Origin: Vicinamibacterales bacterium
GTDB lineage: Bacteria; Acidobacteriota; Vicinamibacteria; Vicinamibacterales; SCN-69-37
Direction: 5' to 3'
DNA length: 64,000 nucleotides
NCBI GenBank assembly: GCA_035550595.1
Contig: DASZOV010000096.1
Span: 76,602-140,601 of the forward strand
The position numbers were made by a program, and so were the translations under genes. Shown here piece by piece: positions 10,351 through 18,989 of the stretch (within the stretch, counting starts at the first letter, position 1; the number at the start of each line of letters is the position of its first letter). Below the pieces are notes generated by a model. The model was not told the origin of the DNA. It worked only from the letters and a program-made list of their open reading frames with translations, and searched no databases.

Positions 10351-11032
10351 ATTTGGTCGCGCTAGCGCCTGTCAGCACTTTCAGCGCCTGGCCGACTTCG
10401 TCGGTGCGCGAGACGAGCAGCACGGTCGTGCCGACGTGCACGGCCGATGACCCGCGTGGGGCCTCGACGGTGCCGTCCGCCTGATACAGCGCGGCGACGA
10501 CCGAGGACGATGGAAAGCCGGGCAGCGCGGCGAGCTCGCTGATCGTCCGGCCGGCCGCGGCGCTGCCTTCGGGAATCGTCACCTCGAAAGCGACGGCCGA
10601 TCCGTTGCCGAGGAGCATCGCGTGGCGGATCGCTTCGTGTTCGATCGCCGTAGCCACCGCGCCGATGATCAGGTCCGTCTCCGACAGCACGCGATCGATA
10701 CCCGCCGCCGCATAGACCGGCCCGTACGCGTTGTCGCGCATGCGAACCATGACGCGATCGACGCCCGCCGCGCGCGCGAGCAGCGCGACGGCCAGGTTGT
10801 CGGCGTCGCGCCGGAGCATGGCGACGACGACGTCGCTGTGGGCAATGTCCGCCTCGTCGAGCATCGCGGCCATCGTCGCGTCGCCGGTGAGCGCGATGAG
10901 ACCGTACTGTTCCGAGGCGCGGCGCGTGACCGCGGCGTCGTGGTCGATGACGGTGACGATGTGGCCGATGCGCGTGAGGTGCGTGGCGACTTCGAGTCCG
11001 GCACGGCCGGCGCCGACAATGACAATCTTCAT
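10349..11032 (-). CDS. TrkA-like K+/cation transport regulatory protein (TrkA-N NAD-binding plus TrkA-C)
   Basis: MKIVIVGAGRAGLEV Rossmann GxGxxG motif. 227 aa. The start overlaps the stop of the upstream antiporter gene by 1 nt. Confidence 0.8.
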   Translation of the reverse strand: MKIVIVGAGRAGLEVATHLTRIGHIVTVIDHDAAVTRRASEQYGLIALTGDATMAAMLDEADIAHSDVVVAMLRRDADNLAVALLARAAGVDRVMVRMRDNAYGPVYAAAGIDRVLSETDLIIGAVATAIEHEAIRHAMLLGNGSAVAFEVTIPEGSAAAGRTISELAALPGFPSSSVVAALYQADGTVEAPRGSSAVHVGTTVLLVSRTDEVGQALKVLTGASATK

Positions 11033-12558
11033 CAGTCGTCGTGCTCCATGTGAAAGACCTGGAGGATCTGCTCGTCGAGGGCGGCAACCTCGGTGCGAGC
11101 CGTGTGTTCGGTGATGAGCCCGCGGCGCTCCGCGTCGAGGATGGCCGACTTGCGCGCCGACAGCACGGCGTGTAGCGCGACGTCCGAGCCAGCCGCCGTG
11201 CCGGGCTCGACGCGCAGGACGCGCTCGGCGTCGATGATGTCGCGCTGGAACGCGGCCCAGCGCTCGGCGTGCTCGTGGCGCGACACGAGACCGGACGCGA
11301 GCAGGCCGTCGAGCTCAGCCTGTGCCCGTCTCGCGCCGATGAGCACCGCGCGAGACCGGTCCGCGGCCTCGCCGCCCGCGCCGCCAGCCAGGCCGATCGC
11401 CGTGAGGAAACGGCGGAAGGGGAGCGCCTGCGTCACCAGCGTGATGAGCGTGACGCCGAAGACGATCGCGATGAGTCGCTCGCGATAAGGAATCGTCGCG
11501 GGCAAGGCGAGCACCGCGGCCATCGACAGCGCGCCCTTGACGTTGCCGAACACCATCACGTGCTGCCACCGCCACGGCACGTCGTCTCTGGTGACGGCGC
11601 GCAGCGTACCCATGCAGCCGTAGACGGCGACGGCGCGGCCGGCGTGCAATGCCACGACGGCCAAGAGGATCGGCACGGCTTCGCGCAGCAGAAGGTCCGA
11701 TCGCAGTTGCATGCCGACGAGCAGGAACAGCCAGACGTTCAGGACGAAGCCGGCGGTTTCCCAGAATCCCTGCAGGGCGAGCACGCGCGACGGCTCCAGT
11801 CGCATGCGCATCTCGTGGCCGACGAGCACGCCGGCGAGTACGACTGCGATGACGGGCGATCCGCCGAGATGATCGGCGACGAGCGACGTCGCGAAGACGA
11901 CGACGAGCGAGGCGAGAGTGGCCGTGAGATCGTCCGGCGCGCGGCGCAGGACGATCGCGCCGAGCGTGCCGAACGCCGTGCCGAGCAGCGCGCCCGCGAT
12001 GATGGCGACGACCAGCATGTGCGTGATGTCGATGCCGTTGACGTGACCGGCCATCACGACCGTCGACGCGACGCTCACGAGCACGAGGGCCGTGCCGTCG
12101 TTGAAGAGGCTCTCGCCCTCCATGATGGCGGCCAGCCGGTGCGGCACGCGCACGCTGCGGAAGGCGAGCAGCACGCTGACCGTGTCGGTGATGGCCAGCA
12201 CGGCGCCCAGGAGCAAGGCGATGGGCAGCGGCAGGTGAATGAGCCACTCGGCCAGGAACGCCGTGACGACGAGCGAGATCGCCACGCCGGGCAGCGCCAG
12301 CGCCAGGATGGGCCGCGCCGTCTGACGCATGCTGGCCGCGTCGGCCGAGAGCGCGCCCTGGAAGACCAGGATCGGGAGGAACACCATCAGCACGACGCCG
12401 GGCTCCATCGGCGTCTCGGGCAGCACGTTCATCAACACGAGCAGCAGGCCGACGACGACGAGCGCGACGTTGTAGGGCACGCTGATGCGCTTCGCGCTGA
12501 TCGCGACCGCCGACCCGACGGCCAGCACGAGCAGCAACTGGTCGAGATACTCACGCAC
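11032..12558 (-). CDS. Cation:proton antiporter (CPA1, NhaP-type Na+/H+ exchanger) with cytoplasmic C-terminal extension
   Basis: 508 aa with a GTG start. About 11 hydrophobic helices are followed by a ~100-aa soluble tail. It is coupled to the TrkA-like gene. Confidence 0.8.
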   Translation of the reverse strand: MREYLDQLLLVLAVGSAVAISAKRISVPYNVALVVVGLLLVLMNVLPETPMEPGVVLMVFLPILVFQGALSADAASMRQTARPILALALPGVAISLVVTAFLAEWLIHLPLPIALLLGAVLAITDTVSVLLAFRSVRVPHRLAAIMEGESLFNDGTALVLVSVASTVVMAGHVNGIDITHMLVVAIIAGALLGTAFGTLGAIVLRRAPDDLTATLASLVVVFATSLVADHLGGSPVIAVVLAGVLVGHEMRMRLEPSRVLALQGFWETAGFVLNVWLFLLVGMQLRSDLLLREAVPILLAVVALHAGRAVAVYGCMGTLRAVTRDDVPWRWQHVMVFGNVKGALSMAAVLALPATIPYRERLIAIVFGVTLITLVTQALPFRRFLTAIGLAGGAGGEAADRSRAVLIGARRAQAELDGLLASGLVSRHEHAERWAAFQRDIIDAERVLRVEPGTAAGSDVALHAVLSARKSAILDAERRGLITEHTARTEVAALDEQILQVFHMEHDD

Positions 12559-12633
12559 GGCGCGGCCCCACGGTCATCGAGCGCATGTGTGCATGATAGG
12601 GCACTGAAGAAGGAGACACGGGACAGGACCAAA

Positions 12634-12791
12634 AAAGATGACACCGCGAGCCCCGAGCGTAGCAAGGGGCGAAGCGCGCCAATAAAAGTCCGCGAAGCCC
12701 GCGACGGAGGAGCGGCGCTGAGCGGGCGAGCGGGGGTGGGGCCCCGCGAGCGGATAAAAAAGATGTGCCCCAACGCACGGCAAAGAAGATG
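12634..12791 (-). repeat. Composite REP-like element (type A half + type B + degenerate core), inverted orientation
   Basis: The reverse complement of 12634-12760 aligns with 15660-15790 (aaagatgacaccgcgagccccgagcg...gtccgcgaagcccgcgac..agcggcgctgagcgggcgagcgggggtggggccccgcgagcgg). Confidence 0.8.
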
Positions 12792-12803
12792 GCTTGCGCC
12801 CGC

Positions 12804-12832
12804 TTGACCGCCGCGAAGCGGCGCCCTAGACT
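12804..12832 (+). promoter_or_regulatory. Sigma70-like promoter of PadR-1 (TTGACC-17 nt-TAGACT)
   Basis: -35 TTGACC at 12804-12809 and -10 TAGACT at 12827-12832, with TAGGAG as RBS before the ATG at 12865. The same TTGAC-N17/18-TAGACTC architecture lies upstream of PadR-2. Confidence 0.45.
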
Positions 12833-12864
12833 CTACCCATCGCCTCTCGATAGGAGCGCTTCGC

Positions 12865-13197
12865 ATGAGCCGCACGTCGCCCGATCTCCTGCCCGGCACA
12901 CTCGATCTGCTCATCCTGCGCGTGCTTGCGCGCGAACCACTGCACGGCTACGGGATCGCGCAGCGGCTGAAGACGATCTCGCGCGACGTGCTGCAGGTGG
13001 GCGAGAGCTCGCTCTATCCGGCGCTGCAGCGGCTGCTGCTAAACGGCTACGTCGACGCCGAGTGGGCCCCGTCCGAGAACAATCGCCGCGCGCGCTACTA
13101 CACGCTCACCCGCGACGGCCGCAAGCACCTCGCCGCCGAACGCGAAGAATTCGACGCTATTGTCTCGGCGATCCAGCGCGTCTTGCAGACGGCGTGA
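12865..13197 (+). CDS. PadR family transcriptional regulator (acidobacterial type), orphan
   Basis: 110 aa. LPGTLDLLILRVLAREPLHGYGIAQRL...SLYPALQRL...W....NRRARYYTLTRDG is a classic PadR winged helix. Confidence 0.9.
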   Translation: MSRTSPDLLPGTLDLLILRVLAREPLHGYGIAQRLKTISRDVLQVGESSLYPALQRLLLNGYVDAEWAPSENNRRARYYTLTRDGRKHLAAEREEFDAIVSAIQRVLQTA

Positions 13198-13217
13198 GAG
13201 AGCCGACAGGGGCCGCC

Positions 13218-13256
13218 TTCTTTTTTTAAGTCGCGTTGGGGCCCCACCCCCAACGC
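13218..13256 (+). repeat. Solo REP core hairpin
   Basis: ttctttttttaagtc-GCGTTGGGG-ccccac-CCCCAACGC. The core at 13233-13256 is identical to the copy at 10277-10300. Confidence 0.75.
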
Positions 13257-13329
13257 CTGGCCAGACTATCGCTCCGCCCTCAGCACGCGCGCCTTGCGCG
13301 CGGCTTCGGGCCTGTCAACCTCTTTAAAT

Positions 13330-14610
13330 TCAAAACGCATACCCAATATCGATCGTCAGCGGCACGCGCATGCCCGGGTTGCGCGTTTCGAGGTTGCCGT
13401 TCGAGAGGTGGCTCACGCTCGCGCCGACGATGAGGTGACGGTCGCGGCCGAGGAAGGCGCCGACGCCAATCGCGTCCTGAAAGATGAAGTGGTTCGTCCC
13501 GACCGGTTGGCCGTCGACGACGAGCTGGGAGATGAACGTCGGTCCGGCCACGGCGTACCACGCGTAGAGATCCGCGAGCGGGCGGTGCAGGAGCATGAAG
13601 CGGAGCCGTGGATACGCGGAGAAGGTGTTGAACGACGTGCGGTCGACGCGGCTCCGCCACATGGCCACGCGCGCGCCGATGTCGAGCGCGAAGACGCGCG
13701 GTGTGTGAAAGACGTTCTGCAGATAGTCGCCCGCCAGCCCTGGACCGACGTCGACGTGTCCGCCCCAGAAAATCGGCACCGTGTGTGACACGAAATGGCT
13801 GACGCCGTACGCCGTGCCGGTGCCGATCCCGAGTTGCACCATGTGTGCGGGGAAGAGGTGATTCGTCTCTTCGGCGGCTGCGAGACGCGCGTCCGGCAGG
13901 CGTCGCATCGTGTAGCGGATGCCGGCCGCGAGGTAGAGCGCGCGCGGCTGGCGATGCTCCTCGTTCGCGGGAATGAAGGAGACGTCGGCAACGATGTCCC
14001 AGTGCGGCGTGCGATGGATGTCGACGCCCGCGCCCAGGACGATCGACCGCAGGTGGTCGTCGCGGACAACGGGCGTGCCGCCGAGATCGAAGCCGCGCCG
14101 GCTGCTGAGCGCCAGTCCGACGTCGCCGTGCAGCGTGACGCGCGGCGACACGGGCACGCGCCCTTTGACCGTGAACGTGCCGAACGCCATCCACACCGAG
14201 TGATCGATGCCCGTGCCGTTCACGTCCTCGTAGGTCAGGAAGCGCGCCGGACGGATGTAGGTCGTCTCCGCGGCGACGTATCGACCGAACTCATGGCCGA
14301 AGAGCGCGACGGCAAACGTCGTCGGCGGCACGCGAACGGCGCCGGTCGTAGCGCCTGGCTCGAGTTGCAGCGCAGAAAACGGATTGTTCAGGTAGCCGAC
14401 GCGAAGGCCGACGTACGAGTCGGCCAGCCACGCCGGATACTGCAGCCGCGTGTCGGGCGCCGCGTCGCGCGAGGTCGCGGCCGTCGTTCGAGCGGTGGCG
14501 TCATCCGCCCGTGAAGTCGATGTCGTCTCCTGCGCCCGCGCCACGTGAGCGTCGCCGGCGAGTGCGACACACACGAGAGCGATGGCGACTGCGAGGCGTC
14601 GTGATGGCAT
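13330..14610 (-). CDS. Outer-membrane protein: N-terminal 8-strand-type beta-barrel fused to a PagL-like (lipid A 3-O-deacylase/acyloxyacyl hydrolase) barrel
   Basis: Signal peptide MPSRRLAVAIALVCVALAGDAHVARAQ (internal ATG of ORF 13330..14667). The sequence shows an alternating amphipathic strand pattern. The C-terminal motif VSHLSNGNLETRNPGM...IGYAF resembles the PagL catalytic H-x-S-N-(A)G...PN-x-G motif, and the terminal residue is Phe. Confidence 0.65.
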   Translation of the reverse strand: MPSRRLAVAIALVCVALAGDAHVARAQETTSTSRADDATARTTAATSRDAAPDTRLQYPAWLADSYVGLRVGYLNNPFSALQLEPGATTGAVRVPPTTFAVALFGHEFGRYVAAETTYIRPARFLTYEDVNGTGIDHSVWMAFGTFTVKGRVPVSPRVTLHGDVGLALSSRRGFDLGGTPVVRDDHLRSIVLGAGVDIHRTPHWDIVADVSFIPANEEHRQPRALYLAAGIRYTMRRLPDARLAAAEETNHLFPAHMVQLGIGTGTAYGVSHFVSHTVPIFWGGHVDVGPGLAGDYLQNVFHTPRVFALDIGARVAMWRSRVDRTSFNTFSAYPRLRFMLLHRPLADLYAWYAVAGPTFISQLVVDGQPVGTNHFIFQDAIGVGAFLGRDRHLIVGASVSHLSNGNLETRNPGMRVPLTIDIGYAF

Positions 14611-14663
14611 GTGAAGGCGGCGTGAGGCGGACGACAGGAACGAGAGGTCAGTCGCCGCGCGCA

Positions 14664-15599
14664 TCATTGCGGTCCGGACGACGGAGACGCCGCACTCGCG
14701 AGTTTCTGTCGAGCGATGGGACGCGCGAGGGCCGCGGCGACAGCGTGCGAACCGGACGCCATGACTTTCTCGTAATAGGCACGCGCCTGGTCGGCGTGTC
14801 CGAGACGCTCGTGCGCCTGTCCAAGGAGCAGGAGGATGAACGGATCGGTCTGGTCGGCCTGCTCGAGATGCGAGACGGCCGCCGCCGCGTCGCCGAGATA
14901 AAACGCGTCGTAGCCCAGGAGATACGGATACTGGACGCGCTGGTCGTCGTTGCCGCCTTTGTCGAGGAGCGCCTTGACGCGGGCTTCGTCGCGATGCGCG
15001 GCCGCTGCCTGTCCGCGCCGCGCCGCCAGCCGCGCCTCGGCGTGGGCCCAGCGCATTTCGGCGAGATCGACGCGCCAGTCCGCGAGATCGGCTTCACGGA
15101 GCGCCGTGTCGTGCGCGCGCCGGTACCACGTCTCCGCCTCGTCGAGGTCGCCGTGCTCGAGATAGACGCGGGCGAGCTCGCTCGCGACGTCGGCGGCCGC
15201 GCCGAAGTTGGACGCCGCGACGTGGCGATCGAAGACGCCGCTGAAGAGACGCGCGCCCTCGGTCGTATCGCCGACGAAGGTCCACGAGATCGCGAGCATG
15301 CGCTCGGTCTGATCGCGACTGGCCGGCGGCGCGAGCGTCAGGGCGTGCGTGAAGTGCGCGCGGGCCTCGTCGTACCGGCCCGCGAGATCGAGGGCGCGCG
15401 CCAGGCCGTAGTGCGCGTCGAACGAATCGGGCGCCGCGGCGAGCGCCTGCTCGTAGAGCGTGATGGCAGCGTCAGGGTGGCCGCTGACGTCGAGTCGATG
15501 AGCCTCGGCAATGATCATGGTCGGATTGGGTGTCGGCGCCGCACGGCCGCACGCCGAAGCGGCGGCCGCGACCAGGACGAGGACGACGCCGGCGCGCAT
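14664..15599 (-). CDS. TPR-repeat lipoprotein
   Basis: MRAGVVLVLVAAAASAC lipobox (internal ATG of ORF 14664..15659). Several TPR-like A/Y/L repeats are present (AITLYEQALAAAPDSFDAHYGLARAL..., YYEKVMASGSHAV). It ends 53 nt upstream of the OMP gene. Confidence 0.7.
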   Translation of the reverse strand: MRAGVVLVLVAAAASACGRAAPTPNPTMIIAEAHRLDVSGHPDAAITLYEQALAAAPDSFDAHYGLARALDLAGRYDEARAHFTHALTLAPPASRDQTERMLAISWTFVGDTTEGARLFSGVFDRHVAASNFGAAADVASELARVYLEHGDLDEAETWYRRAHDTALREADLADWRVDLAEMRWAHAEARLAARRGQAAAAHRDEARVKALLDKGGNDDQRVQYPYLLGYDAFYLGDAAAAVSHLEQADQTDPFILLLLGQAHERLGHADQARAYYEKVMASGSHAVAAALARPIARQKLASAASPSSGPQ

Positions 15600-15654
15600 G
15601 GCGGCATTATTCAGGAAAAGCGTCGCAGGACGAAAGCGTGCCGCAGGTCGATGT

Positions 15655-15790
15655 GCCATCTTTTTTTGCCCGCTCGCGGGGCCCCACCCCCGCTCGCCCG
15701 CTCAGCGCCGCTCCTAGGTCGCGGGCTTCGCGGACTTCTCTTGATCGCTCGCGCCTTCGCTCCGCTCGGGGCTCGCGGTGTCATCGTTTG
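15655..15790 (+). repeat. Composite REP-like element (type B + type A half), forward orientation
   Basis: catctttttttgcccgctcGCGGGG-ccccac-CCCCGCtcgcccgctcagcgccgctcc..gtcgcgggcttcgcggac...cgccttcgctccgctcggggctcgcggtgtcatc. It is the mirror of 12634-12760. Confidence 0.8.
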
Positions 15791-15797
15791 TTTGCTC

Positions 15798-15827
15798 TTG
15801 ACAAACTAGAGGACTGACGCGTAGACT
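15798..15827 (+). promoter_or_regulatory. Sigma70-like promoter of the PadR-2/ADOP operon (TTGACA-18 nt-TAGACT)
   Basis: -35 TTGACA at 15798-15803 and -10 TAGACT at 15822-15827. A direct repeat CTAGAGGA occurs at 15806 and 15840. Confidence 0.45.
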
Positions 15828-15856
15828 CCGCTCGTTGATCTAGAGGAGTGAGCCGA

Positions 15857-16207
15857 ATGGGGACCGACAAGCCGACCGCGCTCGTGCCTGGCACGCTGGA
15901 CATGCTGATTCTCAAGACGCTCGCCCTCGAGCCGATGCACGGCTACGGCATCGGCGTGCGCCTCACGCAGGTCAGCAAGGGCGCGTTCCAGGTCAACGCC
16001 GGGTCGCTCTTTCCCGCGTTCCGCCGGCTCGAGCGCGATGGCCTCATCAAAGGCGAGTGGCGCGCGACCGAACACAACCGCCGCGCGAAGTGGTACGCGC
16101 TGACCTCCGCCGGCCGCGCGCGACTCAAGGCCCAGACGCGCGACTGGGAGACGCAGACGAGCGCCATCGCCCTCATCATGCGCGCCACGCCCGGCGATCT
16201 CGCCTGA
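15857..16207 (+). CDS. PadR family transcriptional regulator (acidobacterial type)
   Basis: VPGTLDMLILKTLALEPMHGYGIGVRL...SLFPAFRRLERDGLIKGEW...NRRAKWYALTSAG. The ATG at 15857 lies 8 nt after GAGGAG; the ORF track alternatively starts at GTG 15848. Confidence 0.9.
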   Translation: MGTDKPTALVPGTLDMLILKTLALEPMHGYGIGVRLTQVSKGAFQVNAGSLFPAFRRLERDGLIKGEWRATEHNRRAKWYALTSAGRARLKAQTRDWETQTSAIALIMRATPGDLA

Positions 16208-16234
16208 TCGCGCTATCTCGCTAGGCTGCGCGCC

Positions 16235-18916
16235 ATGTCTCTGCTGTCTCGCCTTCGCGACGCGCTCCGGCGTCTCGGTCGCCGATCGGCGATCGATCGG
16301 GATCTCGACGACGAGCTCCGCGCATATGTGGACGCCGCCGCCGAGGCGCATCGAGCGGCCGGCTTGAGCGCCAGCGACGCGTCACGCGCGGCGCGGGCGG
16401 ATCTCGGGAGCCTGGCCGCCATCAAAGATCGCGTACACGACGTCGGGTGGGAATCGTGGCTCGAGCGGCTGTGGCTCGACGTGCGGTTCGCCGCGCGAGG
16501 TCTGCGGAAGAGTCCAGGTTTCACGTTGGCGGCCGTCGCGACGGTCGCACTGGGCATCGCACCGAACACGGTCGTCGGCGCGGTCGTCGACTATCTCTTC
16601 GCTCCGCTGCCGGTGGCGCGTCCTGACGACCTCGTCGTGCTGGCCACGGCACGCGCCGACGAAACACGTATCCGTCAGCGCCTCGCGTATCTCGACGTCG
16701 AAGACTATCGATCGCGCTCGAACGTGTTCGAGGATCTGGCGGCGTGGGATCTCGACGAAGTGAGCGTCGTCTCGGACACGGCCGCCGAGAACGTGCTCGC
16801 GAGCGACGTCTCGGGCAATTACTTTGGCATGCTCGGGCTGAGGCCCGCCGCCGGGCGCCTGCTGGCGCCCGACGACGATGCGATTGGCGGACCGCGTGTC
16901 GTGGTGCTCGGCCACGACTACTGGACCGCCCGCTTCAACGCCGATCCATCCGTCATCGGACGCGTCGTCCAGGTGAACGGCGTGCCGGCCATGATTGTCG
17001 GCGTCGCACCGCGCGGCTTCGACGGCACGTTCCGCCTCGCGCGCCCCGAAGTGTATCTGCCGCTCAGCGTGCGCGTGACGGCGTCGCGACGTGCCGATCG
17101 CGACGATCTGTCGGTCCGCGTGATCGGCCGCCTGCGGCCGGGCGTCAGCGTGCGCCAGGCGCAGGCCGCCGTGGACGTGCAGGCACGCCAGCTCGAGCGT
17201 GCCTATCCCGAGACGAACGCCGGCCGGCGAACACGCGTGTACGCGCAGCGTCTCGCCGCGAGCGATCCACAGATCGCCACGTCGACCATCGCGCTCGCCG
17301 TGTTTCTGCTGTTGCTCGTCCTCGTCGTCCTGCTCGTTGCGTGCGGCAACGTCCTCGGCCTGTTTCTGGCGCGCGGCATCGGCCGGCGACGCGATCTGGC
17401 GATTCGCGCGGCACTTGGCGCGAGCCGGGCGCAGCTCGTGCGCATTTGTCTGACCGAGGCGGCGCTCATCGCCGTCGCCGGTGGCCTGCTGGGCGGCGCG
17501 GGCGGATGGCTCGGCGCGCGCGACCTTTCGGCCGCTGCCACGAATGGCAGTCCAGGCTTTCCGCTGTATGTGAATCTGGTCTTCAGTTGGCGTCTGTGTG
17601 CGTTCCTCGTGGCGTTGATGGGACTGACGATCGTCGTCGTCGGCACCTGGCCGGCCTGGAACGCATCACGCGCCGATCCGCGCTCGGACCTCGACGAGGG
17701 CCGTACGACGAACACCCGCGCGAAACACCGGCTCCAGTCGATTCGCGTGTGCGGCCAGATGGCCGTCTCGGTCGCGCTCCTCGTCGTCGCGGGCTTGTTC
17801 GTGCGCAGCGTCCAAGGCCTCGAATCAGTGGATCTCGGCTTCAATCCGCAGCCGATTCTTCTCGCCACCGTCACCGCGCCGTCGCCAGCGCGTGACGCGG
17901 CGACCACGACGGCGTTTTTCCGCGATGCGAGCGACGCCATCGACGCGTTGCCCGGCGTCGCGGGCGTCGCCGAAGCGGAGTCGGTGCCGTTCGGCAACAG
18001 CGGGTCGACGAATGGCGTTGCACGAGATGACGAGCCGTCGCCGCGTGTCCGATCAAAGGTCAAGGCGGACCGTGAGGTCGTCAGCGCCAACTACTTCGAG
18101 ATGATCGGCACGAATCTTCTCGCCGGTCGTACTTTCTCGATGTCGGACGACGATCGAGCGCCACGCGTCGCGATCGTCAACGAGACCATGGCGCGCCGCC
18201 TGTGGCCGGACGGTGAGGCGCTCGGCCGCCGCTTCCGCGACGCCGAGCGTCCGGATACGCTCGTCACGGTCATCGGAGTGGTCGCCGACGCGCGATATCG
18301 GCTGGACGAAATCACTGGCGCGGCGCATCCACGCTACTTCTTGTCGATGGATCAAATGCGGCCTTCGACGCGCGTGATGTTCGTGCGCGCGGCCGCCGGG
18401 ACTCCCGATCGACTGGCAGGCGATGTCCGGCGAGCGATCCATCGGCTGGCGCCGACGGCCGCGGTTTCCGACGTTGCGACACTCGACGCGCAGGTTCGAT
18501 TCGGATCGAACGGCTTCGGCGGCGCACACGCGCTCAGGTCGGTGACGACCATTCTCGGTGGATGTGCGCTCGTACTCGCGCTCATCGGCGCGTATGGCGT
18601 GCTGGCGCTCGCCGTGGGCCAGCGCGTCCGGGAGATCGGGATCCGCCTGGCCCTCGGCGCCGGCCGCCCGCGTGTCGTCGGTTCGGTCATCGGACAGTGG
18701 GCGAGGCTGACCGGCGTCGGCCTCATCGTCGGACTCGCGATCGCCGCTGGCGTCGGGCGCACGCTCGAAGGCTGGTTGTTCGGCGTGACGCCGCTCGACC
18801 CGTGGACGCTCACGATGGTCACCGTGGGCGTGGCGCTCGTCTCGCTTCTGGCCGTCATCGTTCCCCTGCGACGCGCCCTCGCCGTCGATCCGCTCGTCGT
18901 GCTCCGCGCCGAGTAG
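16235..18916 (+). CDS. ADOP-family permease (acidobacterial duplicated orphan permease; MacB-like periplasmic domain + FtsX, duplicated)
   Basis: 893 aa. The characteristic N-terminus is MSLLSRLRDALRRLGRRSAIDRDLDDELRAYVD...DVRFAARGLRKSPGFTLAAVATVALGI. It has two FtsX 4-TM modules and follows PadR directly. Confidence 0.9.
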   Translation: MSLLSRLRDALRRLGRRSAIDRDLDDELRAYVDAAAEAHRAAGLSASDASRAARADLGSLAAIKDRVHDVGWESWLERLWLDVRFAARGLRKSPGFTLAAVATVALGIAPNTVVGAVVDYLFAPLPVARPDDLVVLATARADETRIRQRLAYLDVEDYRSRSNVFEDLAAWDLDEVSVVSDTAAENVLASDVSGNYFGMLGLRPAAGRLLAPDDDAIGGPRVVVLGHDYWTARFNADPSVIGRVVQVNGVPAMIVGVAPRGFDGTFRLARPEVYLPLSVRVTASRRADRDDLSVRVIGRLRPGVSVRQAQAAVDVQARQLERAYPETNAGRRTRVYAQRLAASDPQIATSTIALAVFLLLLVLVVLLVACGNVLGLFLARGIGRRRDLAIRAALGASRAQLVRICLTEAALIAVAGGLLGGAGGWLGARDLSAAATNGSPGFPLYVNLVFSWRLCAFLVALMGLTIVVVGTWPAWNASRADPRSDLDEGRTTNTRAKHRLQSIRVCGQMAVSVALLVVAGLFVRSVQGLESVDLGFNPQPILLATVTAPSPARDAATTTAFFRDASDAIDALPGVAGVAEAESVPFGNSGSTNGVARDDEPSPRVRSKVKADREVVSANYFEMIGTNLLAGRTFSMSDDDRAPRVAIVNETMARRLWPDGEALGRRFRDAERPDTLVTVIGVVADARYRLDEITGAAHPRYFLSMDQMRPSTRVMFVRAAAGTPDRLAGDVRRAIHRLAPTAAVSDVATLDAQVRFGSNGFGGAHALRSVTTILGGCALVLALIGAYGVLALAVGQRVREIGIRLALGAGRPRVVGSVIGQWARLTGVGLIVGLAIAAGVGRTLEGWLFGVTPLDPWTLTMVTVGVALVSLLAVIVPLRRALAVDPLVVLRAE

Positions 18917-18989
18917 GCGAGAGAATCGACGATGATGCGGGATCGCGCGGTGTCGGGCCGGCGCGCGATCCCCTTATGCGCCGGTTCGT

